A DNA stretch of 64,000 bases, taken from NCBI GenBank assembly GCA_963708025.1, contig CAVPSB010000034.1:96001-160000 (forward strand), in the 5' to 3' direction. Below are positions 22,150 to 31,540 of the stretch, piece after piece. This DNA is from an uncultured Candidatus Rokubacteria bacterium. Lineage in GTDB: Bacteria; Methylomirabilota; Methylomirabilia; Rokubacteriales; DASRDR01. The position numbers were made by a program, and so were the translations under genes. The notes beneath the pieces were generated by a model, which was not told where the DNA came from, did no database searches, and was given only the letters and a program-made list of their open reading frames with translations. Every line of letters begins with the position of its first letter. Position 1 is the first letter of the stretch.

Positions 22150-22600
22150 TTATGCCTTCGCCGCGGCGTGGATCGCTTCGCGCACCTGCTGGAACGTGCC
22201 GCACCGGCAGATGTTCGTGATCGAGGCGTCGATGTCGGCATCGGTCGGCATCGGCTTGTCCTTCAGGAGCGCGGCCACCGCCATGATCATCCCGGACTGG
22301 CAATAGCCGCACTGCGGCACGTCGTGCTCGACCCAGGCCTTCTGCACCTTGTGCAGGACGCCACCGGTGGCGAGGCCTTCGATGGTGGTGATCTGCTTGC
22401 CCTCCACCGCGCCGACGGGCATCACGCAGGAGCGGACCGGCCTGGCCGTCGATGTGCACCGTGCACGCGCCGCACTGCGCCACGCCGCAGCCGTACTTGG
22501 TGCCCGTCAGGCCGACCTGCTCCCGGATGGCCCACAGCAGGGGTGTGCTGGGATCGACGTTGACCTCGCTGGTTCTGCCGTTGATCGTCAGGCGTGCCAT
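22150..22600 (-). CDS. (2Fe-2S) subunit (IorA-like), frameshift near 22430
   Basis: [31 protein letters not shown]. Confidence 0.92.
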
Positions 22601-22903
22601 GGCTGCTCCTCCCTCAAATCGCGGTTCGGCAAACGTGAACGGCAAGCGATCTCGCGTCGGGGGGTGTCGCGTCGGGACGCGCGCGTGACGCGCGGCGTCG
22701 GCCGGAGCACTCAGGCGTTCGCGCCGACGCCCGATGCTCCGCGCCTCCGAACATACGCCGTCCAACGCACCTGTCGGATCCTCCTGCCGGCGGCCGCGGT
22801 CACCCCGGGCCGTCACCCCGGTGGCCGTCCCCGGGGTGGGATGGAGTGTAGCGCGCCCGGGCCGGACTCCGCAACGCCCCCGTAGGGCGACCCTCCCGGG
22901 GGA

Positions 22904-23965
22904 CTACTCCAGGCCGGTCACCGTGACGTCGAGCATGCGCGTCTGGCGGGGGGCCCGCTGCCACTGCACGAGGATCGGGCTCTGGTAGATGCCCTCGACG
23001 GGCGCGAGGCGGCCGCTCCCCGCTTCGGCCACCAGCAGGCTGATGGACCGCCGCATGCGGAAGAACCGGGCGGCGGGCACGGCCAGCGTGCGCGCCAGCA
23101 CCTTCTCGACGATCGAGCCTTGCAGGCCCAGGGTGTCGAGGCCCGAGTTCAGCACGCGGACGAGGTCGTGCTTCGCGTACCCCAGCGCCTTGCCCGGAAC
23201 GGCTCGCGGGTTCGCGACCGCGTGTCGATAGCCCTCCGCCATGAACCGCACGGGATTCCGGAGGACCGCCGCCAGGTCGTGCTTCATGAGAAGCGTCTCG
23301 AACTCGTTGACCGTGAGCGCCGCGTGCCGCTCGGCCGGATCGAGCGCGATGTGCAGCCGGCCCTTGACGGCCCCGGCCCGGGCCACCAGCTCGCAGAGCT
23401 GGTCGTAGATCCCCAGCCTGGCGTCCTTGATGTTGACCGAATCGATGGGATGCGTGGACACCGGCACGCTGATCCGCGTCTGCTGGATGACGACCTCACG
23501 ATGGAACCCGATCACGCGGGCGAGCCGACGGCGCGAGCGCCCCTCGTTGATGCCGTCCAGATCGACGAAGCAGACGGCCTGGTCGGGGCGGTTCGGATGC
23601 GTCACGCACGGCCGGAGGCCCCCCGCCATGAAGGCGAGGTGGGAGTCGGCATTGCGCGGCTCGACCGCGCGCTGGGCGGCGTCCAGATCCCGCCGCCGCT
23701 CCAGGCGGTCGTGGGCGTACCCGGCCCCCTCCGGGAAGATCCGGCGCAGTGTCTCGACGTAGGTCGGGACGTGCGTCGCGCTGAGCCGCGCCGTGAGGCT
23801 GCGATCGAGGAACCCGGCCGTCGTGTGGGCCGACCAGTACAGGCAGTGTGGGTAGGGCGCCAGGACGTCGTGGTGCTCGCTCGGGAAGCGTGACCGCAGC
23901 TCCACCACGTCGAACCGGGAGCGCGGCGCGATCTCCAGGGTCAGCTCGAGCAGCCCCATCGGCAT
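22904..23965 (-). CDS. Hypothetical protein with two YjbQ/UPF0047-like halves
   Basis: First half HTTAG..P..GYAHD..NADSHL..FVDLDG..RRR; second half HAALTVNE..SISLLV..GIYQ..LVQW..PRQTR. Confidence 0.6.
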   Translation of the reverse strand: MPMGLLELTLEIAPRSRFDVVELRSRFPSEHHDVLAPYPHCLYWSAHTTAGFLDRSLTARLSATHVPTYVETLRRIFPEGAGYAHDRLERRRDLDAAQRAVEPRNADSHLAFMAGGLRPCVTHPNRPDQAVCFVDLDGINEGRSRRRLARVIGFHREVVIQQTRISVPVSTHPIDSVNIKDARLGIYDQLCELVARAGAVKGRLHIALDPAERHAALTVNEFETLLMKHDLAAVLRNPVRFMAEGYRHAVANPRAVPGKALGYAKHDLVRVLNSGLDTLGLQGSIVEKVLARTLAVPAARFFRMRRSISLLVAEAGSGRLAPVEGIYQSPILVQWQRAPRQTRMLDVTVTGLE

Positions 23966-23985
23966 CCGTCCTCTTGGCGGCGCGG

Positions 23986-24738
23986 TCAGGCCCCGGCCCG
24001 GCGCGTCGGCGGCGCCTCGAGGCGTGTGCCCACGACCGCGACCAGCCTGGCGGCCGCCAGCAGCCGGATGACGAGCCACGACGGGTCCAGCTCCGAGCGC
24101 CGGAGGGCGAACTTCGGCGCGCGCGGAAAGGCATGGTGGTTGTTGTGCAGGCTCTCCCCGCCGGTGAGCCAGGCGAGCACGCGGGAATTGTAGGCGGTGT
24201 TCCCGAAGTTCTGGGCGCCCGCCCAGTGTCCCAGGCCGTTGATCAGCGGCCCGATCACGAAGACGAAGAGGATCCCGTGCCCGAGCATGGCCGCCACGCC
24301 CTGCCACCAGCCGAGAGCCAGGCTCACGACCGTCATGCCGATCGCCAGACCGGTCCAGCCCCAGGCGAACAGGCGCCGGTCCCACGCATCCGGGGCGAGG
24401 TCCGGGGCGAACCGCTGCACCGTCTCCGGGTTCCGGGCCTCCCGGACGTAGTAGTACACGTTGCCCAGCTGGACCTTCCAGAAGCCCAGCAGCTGCGGGC
24501 TGTGGGGATCGCCCTCGCGGTCCGTGAACGTGTGGTGCTTCCGGTGGACCGCGACCCATTGCTGTCGGTCCTGGCCGGTCAGTAGCCACAGGACCAGGCG
24601 GAACAGCAAGTCCATGCCCGGTCGCAGCTTGAGCGACCGGTGCGCGAGCGCCCGGTGGAGGTAGATCGAGGTGGCGAAGGTCGCGAGCTGGGACAGCAGG
24701 ATCGCGGTGATCGCGATGATCAGGATCTGACGAGTCAC
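23986..24738 (-). CDS. Membrane fatty acid desaturase (delta-9-like)
   Basis: Three His boxes HRALAH, HRKHH, HNNHH; GDPHSP; INGLGH. Confidence 0.92.
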   Translation of the reverse strand: MTRQILIIAITAILLSQLATFATSIYLHRALAHRSLKLRPGMDLLFRLVLWLLTGQDRQQWVAVHRKHHTFTDREGDPHSPQLLGFWKVQLGNVYYYVREARNPETVQRFAPDLAPDAWDRRLFAWGWTGLAIGMTVVSLALGWWQGVAAMLGHGILFVFVIGPLINGLGHWAGAQNFGNTAYNSRVLAWLTGGESLHNNHHAFPRAPKFALRRSELDPSWLVIRLLAAARLVAVVGTRLEAPPTRRAGA

Positions 24739-24762
24739 GCTCGTTCCTTTCCGGACCGGCCC

Positions 24763-25670
24763 TCAGACCGAGGGGCTGCCATAGAGGTGCTCCCGGGTGC
24801 GCGGCGCGTGGCCACCCGTCGGGTCACGGTGCTTCCGCATCAGCATCTGGTAGAGGCCGATCGAGCCGCCCTCGAAGGCGACGGCCGAGCACGTCAGGTA
24901 CAGGAGCCACGTCCGGTACGTGCGCTCCCCGACCAGGGCGCGGGCCTCGTCGGCTCTCGCGCGCAGCCGCTCCACCCACTGCCGGCACGTCCGCGCGTAG
25001 TGGAGCCGCAGCCCCTCGACGTCCAGGATCTCCCAATTCGCGCGCTCGGCCTCGGTCAGCGTCTCGCTGAGCCCCGCCAGGTCGCCGTTCGGGAAGACGT
25101 GCCGGTACAGGAACTCGGTCTGGCTGGTGGGCTTCCAGTGGAACTCGTGCACGATCCCGTGGTTGAGGTACAGGCCGCCATCCTTCAGTCGGCTGCGCAC
25201 GCCGCCGAAGAACGCCGGGTAGTTCGGGATCCCCACGTGCTCGATCAGCCCGACCGCGGCGATCTTGTCGTAGGTGACGTCCGGAGCCAGGTCCCGGTAG
25301 TCCCGGTGCTCGACGCGGCAGCGCGCCTGCAGCCCTTCCCTCCGGATGCGGTCGGTGGCGTACGCGGCCTGCTCTCTGCGACAGCGTCACGCCGTGCGCG
25401 TGCACGCCGTAGTGCTGGGCCGCCCAGATCGCCAGGCTGCCCCAGCCGCACCCGATGTCGAGCAGCGTCTCGCCGGGCCGGAGCGCCAGCTTGCGACACA
25501 CCAGGTCGAGCTTGTCCTGCTGCGCCTGGTCGAGCTTGCCGTCCGGATCGCGGTAGTACGCGCACGTGTAGACCATCAGCGGGTCGAGGAAGAGCGCGTA
25601 GAACTCGTTCGAGACGTCGTAGTGGTGGGCGATCGCCTCCTGGTCCCGCTCCCGGCTCGCGCGGCTTCAT
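24763..25670 (-). CDS. Cyclopropane-fatty-acyl synthase-family methyltransferase, catalytic domain only (frameshifted)
   Basis: [65 protein letters not shown]. Confidence 0.88.
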
Positions 25671-26795
25671 GACGGCACCTCCCGCATCCCGAAGACCGCC
25701 CCCAGGACCACGTGGCGGCGGGTGACCTGCACGCCCAGCATGGTCTGCACCAGCGCCCGGACCATGGCGTCCGGCAGCCGGCCGAGCTGGCGGCCCAGCC
25801 AGCCGGCCTCACCGGTCCCGTAGGCGGCGCACGATCTCCCGCGCGTACGCCTCCAGCGCCACGCCCCGCCGGAGCCGGGCCTCGACGGCCCGGGCGGCGA
25901 GGATGCCGCTCCGGATGGCCGGTCCGATGCCCTCGCCGCTGAGGTCTCGCGCGAGCCCCGCGGCGTCGCCCACGAGGCAGAACCGCTCCCCGGCGAGCCG
26001 CCGCGGCGCTCGGCGCCGGACGACGTAGGCGTGGCCCCGGAACGGCTCGATCGGGAGGTCCGCGGGAAGCCGGCCCGAGGCCCGCAGGGCCTCGACGAGC
26101 CGGCTCCGGCGCTGTCGCAGATCCACGCCGGGTCCCGCGACGCAGCCGATCCCGATGTTGAGGACGTCCTGCTTGGGGAAGAACCAGCCGTAGCCCTTGA
26201 GGTCCGGCTCCACGTAGAGCTCCGGCACCCGGGAGGCCTCCTCGAGAGCCGTCCCCGGGGTCGGCGGCAGCCGCGTCTCGCTCTCCTGGGCGATCACGAC
26301 CTCTTCCTGCTCGGACACCTCGCCGAGCGCGCGGGCCACCGGGCAGAAATGGCCGCCGGCCCCGATGACCACGGACGCCGTGAAGACACCGTCGCCGGTG
26401 ACGAGCTCGATCCGGTCCCCGGCCGGCCTGACCGCGGTCACGCGCGCTCCGTCCTGCACGTCGGCGCCGGCGCCGCGGGCGCGCTCCAGGAGATAGTGGT
26501 CGAACTCCCGCCGGACGATCCCGTAGCTGGCCGGCCGGCGCCAGCGAGTCTCGTGGCGCGCCCCGTCGAACTCGAACCGGCAGGCGGAGAAGGCCTGGAT
26601 GGTGTGCGGATACGTCTCCGGGTCGACCTCGACGTCGGCCAGCGCCTGGGGGGTCACCCAGCCGGCGCAGACCTTCACCCGCGGGAACCGGGCGGCGTCG
26701 AGGACCAGCGGCCGAAGGCCGGCCCGGGCCAGCTGCCAGGCGGCGGAGCTGCCCCCCGGTCCGCCGCCAACGACGACGACCTCGCGATGATCCAC
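25667..26795 (-). CDS. Geranylgeranyl-reductase-like FAD-dependent oxidoreductase (frameshift near 25830)
   Basis: VVGGGPGGS, FPRVKVCAG, RREFDHYL, GYGWFFPK, LVGDAAG...GEGIGPA; tail in shifted frame ends MREVPS* overlapping the next ATG. Confidence 0.88.
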
Positions 26796-26796
26796 G

Positions 26797-27142
26797 TCAG
26801 CCCCGCCACATCGCGAGCAGGATCCGTACGCGGTCGGTCAGCGACACCCGGATCCCCTCGATGCTGTCCGCGATCTTCATCGCCTCGAACAGGTCCCCCT
26901 CGATGTCGAGCGCGCCCTCCACGTAGGCCTCGGCGAAGTTCAGCGGGGTCGGATCGCGGATCAGGCGGACGAACGTCTCGGGCTGGTGCATGACGGCCGT
27001 GCACACCGGCGGGCTCGCTCCCAGGGTCACCAGGGTTCCGTCCCAGAGACGGAAGGCGAACCCGACCGGGACGCCGTCGAACACCCGGTGCAGGATGTCC
27101 GCCGCCCGCCGGGAGGCTGAGTCGCCGCGACAGCCGGGTCAC
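26797..27142 (-). CDS. Stand-alone N-terminal domain of long-form CFA synthases (start frameshifted)
   Basis: FRLWDG, PLNFAEAYVEGALDIEGDL, the motif found N-terminal to the catalytic domain in many CFA synthases. Confidence 0.7.
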
Positions 27143-27333
27143 CTCTCGGGGATCTCCTCGCGCCGAGTGCTCACCGTTCCACACCCGGCGGGGCCGCCCG
27201 GCACCGTGACCGGACCCCGGAGACCAAGGCGGGCCGGGGCGTCACGCGGACAGGACTCGAAGGTGCGGACTCGACGAAACCGACTGCGGCACCCGGGCCT
27301 CCCCTCGAAGACCGGTCAGAAAAACTCGAGTCC

Positions 27334-27510
27334 CGGGCAGGTTTCCTGACTCTCGGATCACCCTACTCGCCGCCGTCTTCCCGGCACCGCCTGTCCGACG
27401 CCAGTGACTCGATGGCAGCTTTCGTCCCCGATCACAGTGACGGGGTCGTGGCGGATTCGCGCCGCCTTCCCTCTTCGCCCCACAGGGAGCGCACCCGGGA
27501 CCCCTGACAA
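27334..27510 (-). ncRNA. Cobalamin (B12) riboswitch
   Basis: Minus strand reads CAGG...AAGAGGGAAGGCGGCGCGAATCCGCCACGACCCCGTCACTGTGA...CACTGG...CCGGGAAGAC...GAGTCAGGAAACCTGCC: hallmark segments in order, including B12 box and P1 CAGG/CCTG. Confidence 0.92.
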
Positions 27511-27518
27511 CGTCGGCG

Positions 27519-27547
27519 ACACTAGCAGACGCCTCCGGCGCGGTCAA
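27519..27547 (-). promoter_or_regulatory. sigma70-type promoter driving the riboswitch leader
   Basis: TTGACC (27547-27542), 17 nt spacer, TAGTGT (27524-27519) with extended -10 TG. Confidence 0.7.
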
Positions 27548-27774
27548 GGGCCGGCGGCGAGGGCCGGCGGTGAGGGTCCGCGGCGCCACCGCCCCCGGAA
27601 GGCGGCGCGAGGACGACCGGATCGGAGGGGTCCCGATCTGCTGCCGTCGTTTCGCCGCAATTCGCCCTCATCTTTCCGCGCGCGGGCCACCACGCCGGCA
27701 CGACGCCGATGCCGCGAACGGAAAAGTTTGAGGCTCGATGACCGTGTGCTAGCCTCGACGAGCCGAGAGAGTAT

Positions 27775-28599
27775 ATGGCCGTTCACGCGGGCACCGCCGA
27801 TGTTGACCTCGGACACCCGGCCCGGAGCCGCCCGGCTCGGGACGTCTCCCACCGGTTCCGGCGCCAGCCGGCTGGCAAGGGGGCTTGGCTGTTCCTGGCC
27901 ATCGGCGTCGCGGTCCTTCTCGCGGTGGCCCTGCGCCCGGTGGTCGGGCCGCGGCGCGATCTCGCCCGTGGTGCCCATCCCGAGCCGGCGCCGTCGACGA
28001 CCCGTCAGCTGATCGCGACCCCGCCGATCCTCGCCGACCCACCGGCGATCTCGGACGGCCCAGCGGTGATCCCGGCCGACGCACCGCCGATCCTCGCCGA
28101 CCCGGGGCCGATCTCCACCGAGCCGCCCGCCGCATCGGGTCTCGTGTTCCGGGTCCAGGTCGGGTCGTTCCTCGATCTTCGGAACGCGCTGCGCATGGTC
28201 GAGCGACTACGAGGCGAGGGCCTCCCGGCCGATCTCCGGGTCGCCCAGGGCCATCAGGTGCGGTACCGTGTCCTCGTGACACCTGGGACGGGCGAGACCG
28301 ACGAGAAGCTGCTCGCCCGCCTCAGCGTGCTGGGCGTCTCGGCGACGGCCGTAAACGGGGAATTCGCCGTCACGGGCTTCGTGCCGACCGAGGACGCCGA
28401 CGCGATCGCCAGTCGCCTGGAAGACGAAGCGATCGCGGTGCGCGTCGAGGGGGAGCAGCGGGTGGTCTCCTACCACGCGGTGCGCGTGGGCACCTATCGC
28501 GCGGCTCAGGACGCTGATCGGGCCCGGGTCGAGCTGACCGCTCGCGGGCTGGCGGGGCTCGTCGTGCGGGAATCGGACGACGGCTCCGGAGGCGAGTAA
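27775..28599 (+). CDS. SPOR-domain membrane-anchored protein
   Basis: Single TM, Pro-rich linker with repeated PPILADP, FRVQVGSF..NA, VRVGTY..A. Confidence 0.75.
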   Translation: MAVHAGTADVDLGHPARSRPARDVSHRFRRQPAGKGAWLFLAIGVAVLLAVALRPVVGPRRDLARGAHPEPAPSTTRQLIATPPILADPPAISDGPAVIPADAPPILADPGPISTEPPAASGLVFRVQVGSFLDLRNALRMVERLRGEGLPADLRVAQGHQVRYRVLVTPGTGETDEKLLARLSVLGVSATAVNGEFAVTGFVPTEDADAIASRLEDEAIAVRVEGEQRVVSYHAVRVGTYRAAQDADRARVELTARGLAGLVVRESDDGSGGE

Positions 28600-28601
28600 G
28601 C

Positions 28602-29543
28602 TCAGTCCGCGCCGGCCACGGCCTGGGAGAGACGACGCGCCAGCTCGCGATGCCGCGTGAAGTAGTACGCGAGCATGGCCCCCGCCGCGCACAGGTTGGC
28701 GACCGCGACCGCCCAGCCCGCCAGGTGGTCGAACACCCACCGCGCCAGCACGAGAACGACGGCGAAGAATAGCACCTCGAAGCCGAGGTAGAGGACGACC
28801 AGCAGGAAGAAGAACATGGGGTCCCGCTCGGCGCCCGCGACCAGGAGAGCTCCGACGATGCCGAGCACGACGAAGGCGCCCACGTGGACCAGCGTGTACG
28901 AGAGCACCCCGCCGAGCGGATCCGCCTGCCCGAGGAGCGCCTTGGCGAGGATCCGGGGCGTCGTGAGCGGCTCGCCGGCCACCGCGTCGAGGACGAGGAA
29001 CCAGGCCATCACCACGGCCGCGCCGATGAGCCCCGCGACCACGCCCTCGCGCAGCACGGGCCCCGACGCGCCCACGAGGGGCGCCGCCGCCCCCGGGTGG
29101 GCGCGGAGGAAGAACCAGAGCATGCCCACCGCCGCCAGGAGGTTCGCCCCGAGGATGCGCCACCAGACCAGCGCGCCGAGCAGCGAAGGGCCCAGTCGCT
29201 CCAGGACGAGGAAGAACGAGACTTCGAACGCCGCGAACAGGACGACGAAGGCGACGAACATCGCGGGCTCCCGCTCGCTGGTGGCGAGCAGGCTGGCCGC
29301 CACGATGCCGAAGCCCACGAACGCGGCGACGTGGATGAGGGTGTAGCCCAGCACCGGGCCGAGGGCGATCTGGACGGTCGCCGGATCGGCGGCGCCCCGG
29401 AACACGGCCGCGCCGAGGAGGCCCGGGGTCAGGAGCGGCTGCCCGCGGCCCACGTCGAGCACGAGAAACCACAGGGCGACGATGGCGGCGCCGACGACGC
29501 CGGCCAGCACGCCCTCCCGCAGCACCGAGCTCCGCGCGTTCAT
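28602..29543 (-). CDS. Hypothetical polytopic membrane protein with internal duplication
   Basis: Two repeats beginning VLREGVLAGVVGAA..WFLVLD..G.PL.TP and VLREGVVAGLIGAA..WFLVLD..GEPLTTP. Confidence 0.8.
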   Translation of the reverse strand: MNARSSVLREGVLAGVVGAAIVALWFLVLDVGRGQPLLTPGLLGAAVFRGAADPATVQIALGPVLGYTLIHVAAFVGFGIVAASLLATSEREPAMFVAFVVLFAAFEVSFFLVLERLGPSLLGALVWWRILGANLLAAVGMLWFFLRAHPGAAAPLVGASGPVLREGVVAGLIGAAVVMAWFLVLDAVAGEPLTTPRILAKALLGQADPLGGVLSYTLVHVGAFVVLGIVGALLVAGAERDPMFFFLLVVLYLGFEVLFFAVVLVLARWVFDHLAGWAVAVANLCAAGAMLAYYFTRHRELARRLSQAVAGAD

Positions 29544-29588
29544 GGGCCCCTCCCCCGGCCGCTGTCCGGGCGCCCACGCCCCGGCCGG

Positions 29589-29870
29589 TCAGGCACTCCC
29601 GCCGCTCCCGGAATCGAACGCCGAGCCCGGGCCGGAGCGTCGCCCGGCCGCCGACAGGTGCCGGCGGAGCCAGGCGCCCGCGACGACCACCGCCACGAAC
29701 GGGAGCACCGTGAGAACGACGGCACTCCAGTAGAACCCGGGGTTCAGGCCCGTTCCCTCGCGCCCCCCGCCGATGCAGACCGCGCAGGCCTCCGCCGCGA
29801 CGGGACCGAGCAGGGGTACGACCGCGAGGACGGCTCGGGCCGTCTCCCGGGTCCAGCGGCGTGCGCGCAT
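29589..29870 (-). CDS. Small CxxC membrane protein in oxidase operon
   Basis: Signal-like N-terminus, AEACAVC, one TM helix. Confidence 0.65.
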   Translation of the reverse strand: MRARRWTRETARAVLAVVPLLGPVAAEACAVCIGGGREGTGLNPGFYWSAVVLTVLPFVAVVVAGAWLRRHLSAAGRRSGPGSAFDSGSGGSA

Positions 29871-29881
29871 CGCTGATTCCC

Positions 29882-30619
29882 TCACCAGAGGTAGACGAGA
29901 CCCCACAGGACCGGCCAGAGCAAGACGACGAAGGTCCAGTAGAGGCCCGCGGCCGCCAGCGGGCCCGGCGCGGGCCGATTCCCCCGAGCTCTCCCTGCCT
30001 GGGCGCGGAGCAGGACGAGCCAGCCGAGCGCCGCCGCCACGTGGGCCGCGTGGGCGCCGACCAGCACGTAGAAGGTCGCCCCGTACACGCCCGACGGCGC
30101 GGTGAAGCCGAACCTCACGAGGCGCGCCCACTCGAACCCCTGCATGAAGAGGAAGATCGCCCCGCCCAGCGCGGCCTGCTCGAGCCGCAGGCACAGCGAG
30201 CGGCGGTCCGCTGCCCCGACCGCCCGGCGCATGGCGTGCCCGCTCCACAGGAGCACGGCCGTGCCGAGCGCGGTGATCCCGACCGGGAGGCGCGGCTCCC
30301 CCTGCGGAGGCCAGGCCGGGGAGCCGAGCCGGAACACGAGGAACGCCGCGACGAGGCCGCCGAAAAGCATCGTCTCGGCCACGAGCAGCACCACGATCCC
30401 CACGCGGACAGCGTCGGCGCGCTGCTCGGCGCCCCCGTCCCACCCCGGCCATCGGCCCTCCTCGACCGGCCCGACGGGCGGCGGCGGCCGCCCCGCGGCC
30501 CCCGCCGGACGGCCCACGACCGGCTCGGTCTCGAGCAGCCGGGACGCCGGCATCTCGGCGCGCCTCACCCCGTCCGGTCCGACACGGGGGAGTCCGGCGA
30601 CGGCCCTCGACGTCTGCAC
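29882..30619 (-). CDS. Cytochrome c oxidase subunit III-family protein, copy 2 (start uncertain)
   Basis: AETMLFGGL, FYVLVGAHAAHV, LYWTFVVLLWPVL. Confidence 0.85.
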   Translation of the reverse strand: MQTSRAVAGLPRVGPDGVRRAEMPASRLLETEPVVGRPAGAAGRPPPPVGPVEEGRWPGWDGGAEQRADAVRVGIVVLLVAETMLFGGLVAAFLVFRLGSPAWPPQGEPRLPVGITALGTAVLLWSGHAMRRAVGAADRRSLCLRLEQAALGGAIFLFMQGFEWARLVRFGFTAPSGVYGATFYVLVGAHAAHVAAALGWLVLLRAQAGRARGNRPAPGPLAAAGLYWTFVVLLWPVLWGLVYLW

Positions 30620-30631
30620 GCGTCGGTCACC

Positions 30632-30913
30632 TCAGCGGTGGAACACGAAGTCCGGGAAGAGCGCGATCAGGAGGCCCAGGACGAACAGGACGGGGAGGAT
30701 CGCCAGGGCATAGAGGAAGCGCGGCTCCCAGCGCAGGTGCATGAAGTTCCCGGCGACCAGCACCGCCTTGACCACCGCCGTCGCGAAGATGAGCAGGAGC
30801 GCGACCGTGCGTCCTCCGGGCAGGTAGTTCGCGAAGAGGCTCACGACCAGGAGAGCCACGAGCCAGCCCCAGATCACCACGTAGCTGGGCCGTGCCGCAC
30901 CGGATGCCATCAC
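30632..30913 (-). CDS. Cytochrome c oxidase subunit IV family
   Basis: KAVLVAGNFMHLRWE, three TMs. Confidence 0.85.
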   Translation of the reverse strand: MMASGAARPSYVVIWGWLVALLVVSLFANYLPGGRTVALLLIFATAVVKAVLVAGNFMHLRWEPRFLYALAILPVLFVLGLLIALFPDFVFHR

Positions 30914-30944
30914 CGTCCTCCGGGGCCCCCCGCCGCCCGCCGCC

Positions 30945-31523
30945 TCAGGAGAGATAGACGAGCGGGAAGAGGAAGATCCACACGATGTTCACGAAGTGCC
31001 AGTAGAGCCCTGCCAGCTCCACGCGATCCGGGCGCTCCGTCCCGGCTACCGCGAACAGGAGCCCGTTCAGGATCAGACCGGCCAGCACATGGAGCGCGTG
31101 GAGTCCCGTCAGCGTGTAGTAGAAGGACCAGAAGATCCCGGCCCCGGGCGTGTACCCGGCCTGGATCTTGCCCGTGTACTCGAAGGCCTTGATGGCGAGG
31201 AACGCCAGCCCCAGCGCGATCGTCGCCAGCAGGTACCAGCGAAACCCGCCCGCATCGCCCCGCTCGGCCGCGCCGTACGCCTGCACCACGGTCAGGCTGC
31301 TCGTCAGGAGCACCAGGGTGTTGAGCGCCGCCAGCGGCACCGAGAGGTGGGCGGACTCCTCGTGCCACCCGCCGGCCCCGACGCGGAAGACGACGAACGC
31401 CGCCAGGAGGCCGCCGAACACCATGATCTCGGAGGCCAGGAACCACCACATCGCGAGCTTGCCGGCCGGCACGCCGGCAAAGGCCGGGCGCTCGGCTGCG
31501 GGGGCGTGGACGCCGACGGCCAT
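30945..31523 (-). CDS. Cytochrome c oxidase subunit III
   Basis: KLAMWWFLASE, LTGLHALHV, GLYWHFV. Confidence 0.9.
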   Translation of the reverse strand: MAVGVHAPAAERPAFAGVPAGKLAMWWFLASEIMVFGGLLAAFVVFRVGAGGWHEESAHLSVPLAALNTLVLLTSSLTVVQAYGAAERGDAGGFRWYLLATIALGLAFLAIKAFEYTGKIQAGYTPGAGIFWSFYYTLTGLHALHVLAGLILNGLLFAVAGTERPDRVELAGLYWHFVNIVWIFLFPLVYLS

Positions 31524-31540
31524 CAGCGCGACTCCTCGGG

